A stretch of DNA of 62,885 nt, filler included, from Octopus bimaculoides (GCF_001194135.2; 5 parts of 5 records of this genome joined end to end with filler, not necessarily neighbours in it), one strand, 5' to 3'. Numbered from the whole stretch's first letter, positions 1 to 11,661 are shown. The notes: generated by a model not told the origin, from the sequence alone. Numbers and translations are program-made.

Positions 1-915
1 AAATGTTCGGGTAAACGGCGGGAGGAATAACATTTGCGCGTGAGTGAACAGTGGGGGTAAAATTTTTAAGATTCCAAGGGAAATAATCCATTCATTTTCA
101 GTATACTTATTTCTTAGTATTTGAACTATTTTAGTTATTTTCTCAATTTATCCAACACAACGCTTTAACAAGTAAATAGTATTCTCCTAAACAATAGATC
201 CACTTATTTCGGTTAGTGACTATTTCACGAATATACCAACACTAGCGCTGCTGAGGGTAATATGCTCTGGGAACGCACAAAAGCTTTTTTTCATAGTTAA
301 TTACTTTGAATTGTTATTATCTCATATCAGATTAGCCTGTTATTACGTAACATGTTTCACAATTTTAGTATACATACATTATTAGTATTTCCTCCTAAAA
401 TCTATATACTCTGGGAACGTATTAAAACCCTTTTCGGAGCTACTTTATTTGAATTCTTACTAAAGGGTAATTAATTTCATGTTATTACATAACTGTATTC
501 ACAGTTTGGGTATTCCTAATTTATTGGGAATTCCTAAAAACAAGATCCTTTGTAAGACAGTTCGGTATTCTCAATAAATACACAAAAACCGTTTTAAGGG
601 CGACATACTCTGTATTATTGTTACTGGATTAGCGAATCAATTATGAGAACGGAACTAAGAGACCAGCCCGCTTTCCCGGGAATTACCGGGTCTGTCAGCT
701 ACTATATATATATATAGTATATATATACTATATATATANNNNNNNNNNNNNNNNNNNNNNNNNNNNNNNNNNNNNNNNNNNNNNNNNNNNNNNNNNNNNN
801 NNNNNNNNNNNNNNNNNNNNNNNNNNNNNNNNNNNNNNNNNNNNNNNNNNNNNNNNNNNNNNNNNNNNNNNNNNNNNNNNNNNNNNNNNNNNNNNNNNNN
901 NNNNNNNNNNNNNNN

Positions 916-1165
916 ATTTCGTACTCGGAAACTGTAAGAAGACTGTCGTATATATGTGTATGTGTGTGCGTGTCTTCTGTTTGTACCTCCACCATTGCTT
1001 GACAACTGATGTTGCTGTGTTTACATTCCCGTAACTTAGCGGTTTGGTAAAAGACACTGACAGAATGAGTACTAGGCTTACAAATAATAAATCCTATGGT
1101 TGATTTCTTCGACCAATGTTTCAGCATGGCCGCAGTCACATGACTGAAGCAAGTAAAACAATAAA
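916..1165 (+). mobile_element. SINE family B (tRNA head with CORE-like gcaccttgggcaagtg), 3' part
   Basis: Shares cgtaacttagcggtttgg...agtactaggctt...cagcatggccgcagtca with the reverse-strand copies at 5.3, 30.5, 36.2 and 39.3 kb. Confidence 0.75.
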
Positions 1166-1182
1166 AACTATGCCATTTTAAT

Positions 1183-1209
1183 CCCGAGCAAGGCCGGGTA
1201 TCTCTGCTA

Positions 1210-1210
<1 letters not shown>
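1183..1210 (+). mobile_element. Helitron-like 3' terminus (GC hairpin + CTAG|T)
   Basis: cccgagcaaggccggg imperfect hairpin, then tatctctgCTAG and T. Near-identical to 29063-29090. Confidence 0.6.
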
Positions 1211-1269
<59 letters not shown>

Positions 1270-1271
<2 letters not shown>

Positions 1272-1370
1272 CATCCTTTCGGAGTCGATAAATTAAGTAC
1301 CAGTTGCGTACCGGAGTCGATCAAATCGACTGGCTCCCTCCACCAAAACTGTGCCTAGAGTAGAAAAGAT
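1270..1370 (+). mobile_element. SINE family A, 3' part
   Basis: ttcatcctttcggagtcgataaattaagtaccag...gtgcctagagtagaaaag, shared with at least 9 other copies in the window. Confidence 0.75.
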
Positions 1371-1743
1371 ATATATCTATATATATCTTTTTATATATTC
1401 AACCAGCATAACCAACATTTATATCGGCTGGTATTATAGAGATATCGTTCCCTTCAACAGAAGCAACGTGAATATAATTAAGCCGACCTTCGCTTTCATT
1501 GGTTACGAGGTCACTTTCATTTTATATATAATTCATGGAGATAGGTTTTGTTTTATCTTCGTTTGTCTATGTGTGTGGTGGTGGTGGTGGTGGTGGGGTG
1601 TATTTAAGTATTTATATATGTGAATATTTGTGTGTGCTAGGCGTAAATCTTTTGATAGGCGTGTGCATACAAACCAGTATATATGTGTCTGTTGGTGAGG
1701 AAGGTATTTATTGGTATGTATATGAACCTGTAATTGTGTTTGC

Positions 1744-1774
<31 letters not shown>

Positions 1775-1895
1775 CTCGAGTAAGCACATAAATGTGAAAC
1801 AAGGTGGGAAAAAAATAGTACCCGAATACTGGAGGTACAGTAATATGATTTATTATAAAAGATGCAAAAACATCACAAAAATATCGCAAAAAACT

Positions 1896-1974
1896 GCTAC
1901 TCAGAGTTTCACGTTCCCGTTCGTCGAGCTGCTGTGATCTGCCCGACGAACGGGAATGTGAAACTCTGAGTAGC
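1896..1974. repeat. 31-bp inverted repeat with 17-nt loop
   Basis: gctactcagagtttcacgttcccgttcgtcg (1896-1926) pairs with cgacgaacgggaatgtgaaactctgagtagc (1944-1974); 30 of 31 pairs are Watson-Crick plus one G-T. Confidence 0.95.
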
Positions 1975-2441
1975 TGACTACTGACGCACAACTGCGTCCT
2001 GATGCCTCGAACAAGGGAGCTAATGTCCCCACTCAGCCTTAAACGGTACCTGCAGGCCATGGTTTCTGAGTTATTCCTCTTCATCGGTACAGGATAACAG
2101 TTGGCTCGAGATGGCAGCATTAGGTCTTGTTCGAGGTATATATTTTTAAAGTGATACACAGTCACTGATCTCATAAAGAGGAAAACGTTTAGTTTTAAAT
2201 CTCTGAGCGAGAAGTAAGTAGTAAAAATACTAAAGAGTAAAATCTATTTGCCAACGTAAATTTTCAGTCCTGTTTAGGACGATGTTACTAGGTTTTTTTT
2301 TTAGCCCCCAGGGAAACATCTTTTCCAGCTGGCTACTGATGCAAAATTACACCCTGATACCTCGAAAAAGGGAGCTAATGTCTCCACTCAGTATACACTG
2401 TGTATAAACTCTGTATGTGGAATGACCAATTTCAATGACTG

Positions 2442-2580
2442 TTGGATTTTACTCATAGGGTATTGGAATCTTAATAATGGATTTACAAAGCCAACGACCT
2501 ATCTTAAAAACAATTGGACTTTACTCACAAGGTATTGGAATCTTGTATGTATACCATTCTGCCTAAACAATGGATTTACA
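2442..2580. repeat. Degenerate ~72-bp tandem duplication
   Basis: ttggattttactcatagggtattggaatctt (2442) vs ttggactttactcacaaggtattggaatctt (2514), each followed by aatggatttacaaa. Confidence 0.7.
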
Positions 2581-4150
2581 AATACAATATCACCTACATT
2601 CACTCTATATTTCCTATCTTAATTAAACTAAATATTACTTAACCATCCTCTCACACCGTCTCCGATGAATGGATATAATAAATATCCTGGAAACAGCTGT
2701 AAGACATTCGATTTATAAATGTTCCATATTATACACGGCCTTGGTTTTTTATCTCCTTANNNNNNNNNNNNNNNNNNNNNNNNNNNNNNNNNNNNNNNNN
2801 NNNNNNNNNNNNNNNNNNNNNNNNNNNNNNNNNNNNNNNNNNNNNNNNNNNNNNNNNNNNNNNNNNNNNNNNNNNNNNNNNNNNNNNNNNNNNNNNNNNN
2901 NNNNNNNNNNNNNNNNNNNNNNNNNNNNNNNNNNNNNNNNNNNNNNNNNNNNNNNNNNNNNNNNNNNNNNNNNNNNNNNNNNNNNNNNNNNNNNNNNNNN
3001 NNNNNNNNNNNNNNNNNNNNNNNNNNNNNNNNNNNNNNNNNNNNNNNNNNNNNNNNNNNNNNNNNNNNNNNNNNNNNNNNNNNNNNNNNNNNNNNNNNNN
3101 NNNNNNNNNNNNNNNNNNNNNNNNNNNNNNNNNNNNNNNNNNNNNNNNNNNNNNNNNNNNNNNNNNNNNNNNNNNNNNNNNNNNNNNNNNNNNNNNNNNN
3201 NNNNNNNNNNNNNNNNNNNNNNNNNNNNNNNNNNNNNNNNNNNNNNNNNNNNNNNNNNNNNNNNNNNNNNNNNNNNNNNNNNNNNNNNNNNNNNNNNNNN
3301 NNNNNNNNNNNNNNNNNNNNNNNNNNNNNNNNNNNNNNNNNNNNNNNNNNNNNNNNNNNNNNNNNNNNNNNNNTCCCCACCCTTTACACTCGGGGTTCAT
3401 CAGCCATGGACACGTAAGCTGGGACTATGACATAGAGGTCCTCGGGTCGGCGGTTTTATATCAGAGTGTCCTTCTAGACAGGCTGCCGATCATGGCTAAC
3501 GAGCTCCATCTGCTCGGAGCGGCCTGGTTATACTGCGTCAGACACCCGCAGTCGTTCTCTCCTGTTGGTTTAGATCCAGGTGGTACCACAAGGAGGTCGA
3601 CGTAGTACTCAGGGGTTGCGTCATTCTTTAGAAGTCCTCGCCCAGTACGGTGCTCACCTAACCAGCATCCGGTCCCTATGTGGACCCCCATATATGCATG
3701 TATGTATTCTTTTATCGTGTTGTTGTTACTGCTGCTGTTTTGCTCATGTCAGCCCCAAACAAGCAGATCTATTATCAAAGAATGGAACAATCATCATTTT
3801 TTTCGGGCATTAATTATCATCTAAAACAACATTATCCATCGTGTTTCCTTTTCAGTTCAGTATGATGTAATTTGAGGAAGATTTCGCTGCTATTTCCAAA
3901 AATTTCGTGCGATCACATAGAGGCTTTGAAATACTTTTTCTTCTTCATCAGAAAATCTAACAAGTAAAATCAATTATTCTATTCAACGCAATTATCTCCT
4001 TTATCTGAAATTTTCTCAGGAAAAATTCAAAGCAAACAGAGAAGCAAAAACCAGAAAGAAACTTTTACATGTTCTGCAACACAAAAAATAACACCCATTC
4101 GCAGGAAGCTATCAGAAATGACAAAAAAATGTTGTAATGTTTATTTTCAG

Positions 4151-4307
4151 ATGTTAATCGGAATTATTTTTGGTTGGGTGATATGCGGCATACTTACAAG
4201 CGCTGGTCTGCTCACTGACGACAAGAATGATAAACAGTTTAATGCACGAACGGACTCTAAATTATACGTTCTTGGGGCTTCAGACTGGTTTTTCTTTCCC
4301 TATCCTG
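4151..4307 (+). CDS. SLC23A: SLC23/NAT (SVCT-like) transporter exon: MLIGIIFGWVICGILTSAGLLTDDKNDKQFNARTDSKLYVLGASDWFFFPYP(G)
   Basis: ttttcAG acceptor, GTAAG donor at 4308, phase 0 to 1. Peptide aligns by eye with SLC23 ILLAILLSW...ARTD...WF.VPYP. Upstream exons were not found and may lie in the 2760-3373 gap or before the window. Confidence 0.92.
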
Positions 4308-4541
4308 GTAAGAACACCTTTCATTGGCATTTACTATTTGTACTTAAATGTGTGTGTATGTGTGTGTGTAAGCGTGTGTTTCTATATGATTAATATATAG
4401 TCAATTAATATATACTGGAATCAAAATATATATTCAATGACTATATATAAATCAAGGTGTCGAAACCATAATAATATCCATTAGGCAGCTGAGGATGGAC
4501 GTATAAGTTTGATGTATTTTTTGACTCTGAAACTTTTATAT

Positions 4542-4801
4542 CTGTGGTTCTCAGCCATTTTTTTTTAGCTATGGACCCCTTTGATTCCAGTTATAGTTTC
4601 GTGGACCCTCATAACCATTCGATGCTTAAAAAATTCCATTATATTTTCATACTTAAATATTATTAAGAACTGTATATAAACATTGCTAAAAATATTTTGT
4701 TCGTTTTAAAAGTATGGCTAATTTATTGCACATAATTTTTAACAACAAAATTTTACATGGACCCCGCAAAGGGTCGTATTGACCCCCGTTGAGAACCAGC
4801 G
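4542..4801. mobile_element. hAT-superfamily MITE with perfect 8-bp TSD
   Basis: TIRs ctgtggttctcag / ttgagaaccagcg; TSD TTTTATAT at 4534-4541 and 4802-4809. Confidence 0.88.
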
Positions 4802-5099
4802 TTTTATATCTGGTGTTCTAAGTTCTCCTTCATTGAAATTATAGTTTTTGTGAAGTTAAACTCGTTTAGGGGTTCTTAGTTTCTTAGCTTACTGTGGTTT
4901 TGTTGTACGTATTACACCATACACTGTTGTTGCATGATTGTTCTTCGTTTGGATTCTTAATCTGGTAAAGGTTATACCTGTGCAGGACAGGCCTGACACC
5001 AGGCTTTGGTTCCTGAGGGTGCTTCAGAATATTCTGGGTGGGCACTAATTTTTAATAATGCTTAAGTGGAGTCACTAAAGTGGAGTAAATCTGCAGGAA

Positions 5100-5237
5100 G
5101 AAATCTACGGGTTCGAAAAACTGAAGGACTGTTGCAATAAGTGTGTGAATATGAGAGGAGATTATGCTGAATAAAATCATAATTCACAGATCCGCAGCTA
5201 TTTTCTTTTACCCAAAGCCAAGAACTTTTCAACACCA
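5100..5237 (+). mobile_element. mariner transposase 3' end and partial TIR
   Basis: Translates EIYGFEKLKDCCNKCVNMRGDYAE*, like the mariner C-terminus G..KL..RW.KC....GDY.E. Its reverse complement recurs in the 43739-43952 MITE. Confidence 0.75.
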
Positions 5238-5242
5238 TTTTC

Positions 5243-5510
5243 TTTTATTCTTTTACTTGTTTCAGTCAATTGACTGCGGCCATGCTGGAGCACCACCTTT
5301 AGTGGAATAAATCAACCTCTTTGTAAGCCTAGTACTTATTCTATCGGTTTCTTTTGCCGAACTGCTAAGTGACGGGGACGTAAACACACCAAATTCGGTT
5401 GTCAAGCGATGGTGGAGGGGGGGACAAACACATTCACACACACACACACACACACACAGAAACATATACGATAGGTCTCCTTCAGTTTCTGTCTACCAAA
5501 TCCACTCACA
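5243..5510 (-). mobile_element. SINE family B copy
   Basis: tgactgcggccatgctggagcaccacc...ttttgccgaactgctaagtgacggggacgtaaacacacc, with internal (CA)n. Confidence 0.8.
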
Positions 5511-5794
5511 NNNNNNNNNNNNNNNNNNNNNNNNNNNNNNNNNNNNNNNNNNNNNNNNNNNNNNNNNNNNNNNNNNNNNNNNNNNNNNNNNNNNNNNNNN
5601 NNNNNNNNNNNNNNNNNNNNNNNNNNNNNNNNNNNNNNNNNNNNNNNNNNNNNNNNNNNNNNNNNNNNNNNNNNNNNNNNNNNNNNNNNNNNNNNNNNNN
5701 NNNNNNNNNNNNNNNNNNNNNNNNNNNNNNNNNNNNNNNNNNNNNNNNNNNNNNNNNNNNNNNNNNNNNNNNNNNNNNNNNNNNNNNCACACAT

Positions 5795-5874
<80 letters not shown>

Positions 5875-6221
5875 TACTACCACTACTACTACTACCTGAT
5901 ACTAAGCTCTCACATGAGTATAAGAGAGAGACAGACAGAAAAAAGGAAAATGTCCTTTACATTTGAAAACTATGGAAATTTTTCATTTCGTTGATGAGAA
6001 GGACGTTGAACTCTTCTAGTGCATCTGTACTGATATTATATCATAAGTATGGATATGATTGTTTTCTTCAGTGTATCAATAGTTCTTAATCGATTCATGT
6101 AGGCTACTAACTTTGCATAGCAACAGCACCTCCGCTAGTAATCTAAACCCTTTTGTTATCACGTTTATGTCACTATTCACTATTTTTGTTTCAATTAATT
6201 TTGAACGTAATGAAGAATTTA

Positions 6222-6408
6222 ATACAGTTCTATATTTAAGAGATGAGGAATTATGTGCATTATTCACATTATTTACATTTGACGGATATTTGTCCTCATC
6301 TTGTTTGTTGTTAATACAACGTTTCGGCTGATATACCCTCCAGCCTTCGTTAAGTGTCTTCGGGAAATTTCGAACCTGGGTTCTCATTCCTAAGGTATTT
6401 TTCGATGT
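6222..6408 (-). mobile_element. Inverted copy of the hammerhead-bearing element body (core mutated CTGATGA to TTAACGA)
   Basis: Reverse complement matches 7487-7630 and 16369-16510, with perfect helix II GGCTG/CAGCC, GAAA and CGTT. It carries an extra ~40-nt tail (cataattcctcatctcttaaatatagaactgta). Confidence 0.85.
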
Positions 6409-6411
6409 GAT

Positions 6412-6462
<51 letters not shown>

Positions 6463-6465
6463 TAC

Positions 6466-6498
<33 letters not shown>

Positions 6499-6501
<3 letters not shown>

Positions 6502-6836
6502 ACCATCGATCATGTCGTCTCCATGTGAAGTCTGCTTGCGCCTACAGAGTATCTCAACAGGCATGATAGAGCTGCACAATATATTCACTGGGTAATATGC
6601 AAAATCCTGGACTTGCCCCATGATAAAAACTGGTGGGAACACAAACCACCCCCAGTACTTGAAAATGATCACATTGCACTCCTCTGGAACTTCACCATTC
6701 AAACTGACAGAAAGATAGACGCAAATAGGCCAGACATCATACTGAAAGACTTCAGACCAAAATCATGCCTCCTCATTGATATGACTGTCCCAATCGCTAT
6801 AAACGTATCTGTCAAGACCTACCAAAAACTGAGCAA
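6499..6836 (+). mobile_element. 5'-truncated R4/Dong-like non-LTR retrotransposon (end of CCHC + restriction-like endonuclease domain) in (AAT)n
   Basis: One frame reads ETIDHVVSM*SLLAPTEYLNRHDRAAQYIHWVICK...WWEHKPPPVLENDHIALLWNFTIQTDRKIDANRPDII...LIDMTVP, with RHD and PD-(D/E)xK motifs. Flanked by (AAT)n at 6413-6498 and 7439-7486; the 3' part is in the N gap. Confidence 0.88.
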
Positions 6837-7438
6837 NNNNNNNNNNNNNNNNNNNNNNNNNNNNNNNNNNNNNNNNNNNNNNNNNNNNNNNNNNNNNNNN
6901 NNNNNNNNNNNNNNNNNNNNNNNNNNNNNNNNNNNNNNNNNNNNNNNNNNNNNNNNNNNNNNNNNNNNNNNNNNNNNNNNNNNNNNNNNNNNNNNNNNNN
7001 NNNNNNNNNNNNNNNNNNNNNNNNNNNNNNNNNNNNNNNNNNNNNNNNNNNNNNNNNNNNNNNNNNNNNNNNNNNNNNNNNNNNNNNNNNNNNNNNNNNN
7101 NNNNNNNNNNNNNNNNNNNNNNNNNNNNNNNNNNNNNNNNNNNNNNNNNNNNNNNNNNNNNNNNNNNNNNNNNNNNNNNNNNNNNNNNNNNNNNNNNNNN
7201 NNNNNNNNNNNNNNNNNNNNNNNNNNNNNNNNNNNNNNNNNNNNNNNNNNNNNNNNNNNNNNNNNNNNNNNNNNNNNNNNNNNNNNNNNNNNNNNNNNNN
7301 NNNNNNNNNNNNNNNNNNNNNNNNNNNNNNNNNNNNNNNNNNNNNNNNNNNNNNNNNNNNNNNNNNNNNNNNNNNNNNNNNNNNNNNNNNNNNNNNNNNN
7401 NNNNNNNNNNNNNNNNNNNNNNNNNNNNNNNNNNNNNN

Positions 7439-7489
<51 letters not shown>

Positions 7490-7536
7490 TCGAAAAGTAC
7501 CTTAGGAATGAGAACCCCGGTACGAAATTTCTCCAA

Positions 7537-7582
7537 GACACCTGATGAAGGCTGGAGGGTATATTAGCCGAAACGTTATGTT
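7537..7582 (+). ncRNA. Minimal type I hammerhead ribozyme motif (Penelope-type), copy 1
   Basis: GACAC-CTGATGA(7542-7548)-A-GGCTG...TAGCC-GAAA(7570-7573)-CGTT-ATGTT. Helix III is the palindrome AACGTT; predicted GUU cleavage after 7577. The first helix I pair is mismatched in this copy. Confidence 0.75.
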
Positions 7583-7711
7583 AACAACAAACAAGATGAG
7601 GACAAATATCCGTCAAATGTAAATAACGTAAATATTGAAGAATTTAGTAAAATATATTTTTGTTCTTGATCTGGTATTTGGATCATAAATATGGAGTGTC
7701 TTAATCTAGAG

Positions 7712-7968
7712 CAGTGATTTTCAACCAGAGTCCATATTGTCCTTGGGGTCCACATAAGATTTTGCTGTTAAAATTTATCTGCAATAAATTGATCATATTT
7801 TTACAGTACACAAAATATTTCAACAATGTTTTTATACGATTCCTAAAAATATTTGGTTATAAAACTATAATGCGATCTTTAAAACACTGCTTGGCTCTGA
7901 GGGTCCACGCGAGCAAAATAGAAATCAAAGAGGTTCACAGATAAAAAGAAAATGGTTGAGAACCACTG
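7712..7968. mobile_element. hAT (Charlie-like) MITE
   Basis: TIRs cagtgattttcaacca / tggttgagaaccactg; degenerate 8-bp TSD atctagag / acctaaat. Confidence 0.8.
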
Positions 7969-8626
7969 ACCTAAATGATTTTAGACCAGAAAGTTTGTGC
8001 CATAGAATCAGGATTGTTCTTAGACATGTTGGCATCAAAATGGTTGAACAACACAACTGGCTGAATATGAAACATTTTACAAGGCAAGAGAATACTGGGA
8101 CAGCACATGTTTCGCAAAACAGCGTCTCTCTTCCCGACACTAAAGGGGAAAGCAAAGAAAATTAAGTTGTATAACAATGGAGTAAGTTCTTTAACTGCCC
8201 TCCAAGGAACAGATGAAAGAGGCCCTGTCGAATGTTGTGGAGAGGAGATAATCTTCTTTGCGCGAAGTAGAACATACAGATCCACGCGCATCGTTTTTTA
8301 TTTAGAAAACATAGTCCAGACGTAGGATGAAATCCATTGTATCCCAGTGTTTGGGACAGAGAAATACAACGGTGTTGTTTAAGGATATCGATTATGATAC
8401 AGAATCCTGGCTTGTTGTCATCTTTGTGTGTGGGGAATGATCGGTGATNNNNNNNNNNCCTGGCTTGTTGTCATCTTTGTGTGTGGGGAATGATCGGTGA
8501 TTGGTGGGTTTGACTTGACATGACAAAGAGTGTTATATGGTTAGGATGGGGAGAATGTACTTACAAATCTTAATGCATCACTCAAAATTAGTGACAGAGT
8601 GTTTAATAAATAAATAAATAAATAGA

Positions 8627-8662
<36 letters not shown>

Positions 8663-8992
8663 TAAAAAGACTCCCTCCTCCGCTAAAAACAATTATGTAA
8701 GCAGGATAATATTTGAGGTCACGAAGAAAGAAAGCTTATATTCAGCGTAAAGGAACACCTCTCTGTTAATGACAAACTGACTTACTATGAAGGGAAGTTA
8801 ATCTCCAATGAGGAAAAATCTATTTCTGAATGAAATGAGCTTCTCAATCATTCAAAAGGTTACAGCTTTAAAAAATTCGAACATTAAATGAAATGCACGA
8901 GGACGATCCAGACCTAATGTAGATTGGATGGGGTAGCGAATCTAAGGAATCAAGCTATAAAGAGCCATCCTCCCCCCACAAATAACATATTA

Positions 8993-9206
8993 GTTTCAAA
9001 TTTCGGCACAATGCCAGCAATTTCGGGAGATGGGTAGAAGTCGATTACATCGACTCCAGTGATCCACTGGTACCTATTTTATCGACTCTGAAAAGATGGA
9101 AGGCGAAGTTGACTTCGGTAGAATTTGAACGCAGAACGTAAAGATGAACAAAATGCCGCTAAACATTTTGCCCGGCGTGTTGGCAACTCTGCTAGATCGC
9201 CACCTT
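8993..9206 (-). mobile_element. SINE family A copy
   Basis: Reverse complement gives ggcgatctagcagag...ttcaaattctaccgaagtcaacttcgccttccatc...ggcattgtgccgaaatttgaaac. Confidence 0.75.
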
Positions 9207-9420
9207 CCAAAATAATACAATATTAACAAAAATTTTAAGGACTATTTACAATGCTTTACATGTCAAGTAGCCAAAGGAAGTGTGCCCTCCCTTGTTCAGT
9301 TTAAATAAGGGGCACCTTCTGGTGGAGGATTCCGGAATCTCCAGCATCAAATAATACAATGATAAAATGAAAAGATATCTTAAAGAGAGAGGGGAGAGAG
9401 GGTAGGGAGAAAGAAGAGGA

Positions 9421-9502
9421 GAGAGAGTGTGGGAGAGAGAGAGTGTGGGAGAGAGAGAGTGTGGGAGAGAGAGAGTGTGGGAGAGGGAGAGAGTGGGAGA
9501 GA
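9421..9502. repeat. (GAGAGAGAGAGTGTGG)n 16-bp minisatellite
   Basis: About five units visible. Confidence 0.85.
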
Positions 9503-10944
9503 GAAGGGGAGAGACAGAGATGTAATCTGGTCAGTTGAGTACTAGAAACGACCCGTCTCACAGTAGTACAACTCCATCCATTTCTTAGGATAGGAACAAA
9601 AGGACAGAGGTGGAAGGAGATTGGGACAGTGTTTTACAAAAATTCAAAAAATGTCTCTCAATGCACACACAACTGCAAAAGGCTTCTTTTGAAAAATGGA
9701 AAGAGAGAAATGCCAGGAGACGATCTTGGACGAAGGAGAATTCATCCCCTCTCAAAGGAAGCTCCTTTCTCGTAAAAAGGAACTCCTCTCTGTTTATGAA
9801 GGACTGATCGTGCGATCCAGCAACAAAAAATATAAGCAACGAAGTGTATCATGAACGGAGAAAGATGAAGATGACAGTTGGTGCCGTGCATGTGGGTCGA
9901 TCGTGTCCTATCAATGTCATATATAAAGTTACAGCCATTATCAGTAGCTTCCAATACAAACGACAACAACAACAAACAAAGACTTATCTGTTGTAATCTC
10001 AATTTGAAATCAGGAGACTGACATATATGAAAAATGCTATAGTAACATGGTTTGTTATCTAGATCTGCAAGGTGAAATAACACAGGAGGAATGCGGCCGC
10101 AATTGAGGTGAAATATTAGCTTTAAATCGGCGAGCAGTTCTCTGGGACAGAGAAGGGGGGGGGGGGAGTTAAGATGATTTAAACATTATTCTAGTGTTCA
10201 GTTACATTTAAATGTTTAAACAGATCTACTAATGAGAAGCCTGAAACATCACACCCAATCGATGATATGCACTTTAGCGGCTGAGTGCAGGGGTCAATGG
10301 ATCAGAAGTTTTGTAAATAATTCCATCACAAGTTGAACCTTAAATAACTAAATTAATTAATTAAAGTAGAGGACCTTCTGCTGTTCAGCTCTCTTGAGAT
10401 TTTTCTACAACTGTATATATATGCACCCAGAACCACGCTAATAGCTTAGGAGTGAAATTTAGGATTTCTCGTTTTTTTGTGAATCGATTTTGATAAAACT
10501 TTTCCCAACTGGTTTGCACCCAATGGCAACACCATTGTTATGTTTCTATTATTCTCTGTAACGTCCTTTCTTTTTTTTATATCAGATTACTAGACAGTAA
10601 CATTTTTTTGCCACTATAACATGGCTGTTCTATAAAGAACTATGCTACATTTTAACCCCAGGAAAATGTCTTTTCCAGCTGGTTAACGACACACAATTTG
10701 TGTCCGATATATTGTGAGTAAAGGAGTGAATTATTCCCCTCCAACTTGGCAAGACCAGTAGACCATGGTCTCTGGGTCTTTCCCCGTCATCGCTACTGGA
10801 TGCTTGCCTGCTAGAGATGGCAGCCAATCGTCCCTACTCACAATATATAAACAAATGTTACCGTCTGGTATTGTTACTACTTATATCGCATTTAGAGATG
10901 TTAGAACTAACTAATTTGCTCGTTACGAGATCAGTGGCTGAGGA

Positions 10945-11112
10945 ATTACGTCCGCCTGTACGTTCTGAGTTCAAATTTCACCGAGGTCGACTTTGCCTTT
11001 CATCCTTTCGGAGTCAATAAATTAAGTACCAGTGAAACAGTGAGGTCGACGTAATCGACTTGTCCCCTCCCACCGAATTTCATGCCTTGTCTCTTTAGTA
11101 GAAAGGATTATT
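10945..11112 (+). mobile_element. SINE family A copy
   Basis: acgttctgagttcaaatttcaccgaggtcgactttgcctttcatcctttcggagtc...agtagaaaggattatt. Confidence 0.8.
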
Positions 11113-11260
11113 ATCTTAATAGATTGTGTTACAACCAATCATATTCAGCAGAATATCTCTCTGGAAAATTATCACCAAAAACAGTGTCTTTAAATATTGT
11201 GTCGTTTCTTTCTTGTGCTTTCCCAAGACACGGCCAACCCAGCCATCAAACTCTCCAAAC

Positions 11261-11447
11261 AAAACATCACCTTCTTAAATCCGAGCGTCACCCTTCCTTT
11301 GTTCATAGCCCTTACATCTCCTCTCTACGCTTTCTTTGTGGAGAACAGTATGATAAAACATCACCTTCTTAAATTCGGACCTCACCCTTCCTTTGTTTAT
11401 AACCCTTACATCGCCCCTCTACGCCTTCTTTGTGGAAGACAATAAAA
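11261..11447. repeat. 94-bp tandem duplication (2 copies)
   Basis: aaaacatcaccttcttaaat...ctttgtgga starts at both 11261 and 11355. Confidence 0.9.
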
Positions 11448-11661
11448 GTGTAGTGAGGATTTTATATTTGTTGTTTGAGTGCTTCAGCCATAACATACAA
11501 GACCTGGTGGACACAGTGATTACATATATTTTTCTTTCCTATATTCATGAAACCAAGTTTCGGTGCCGCTGCACTGGCGAGTGTCTTTTATTAGTTCTTT
11601 CAAATTGCCTTCTGAGAGAAACTAAACTTTGTTTTCTTCCTTTCTATCTTTTCTTTTTCAG

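Noticed and set aside
8406-8501. Perfect 43-bp direct repeat flanking a 10-N gap
   Set aside because: Identical sequence on both sides of a gap is an unmerged contig overlap.
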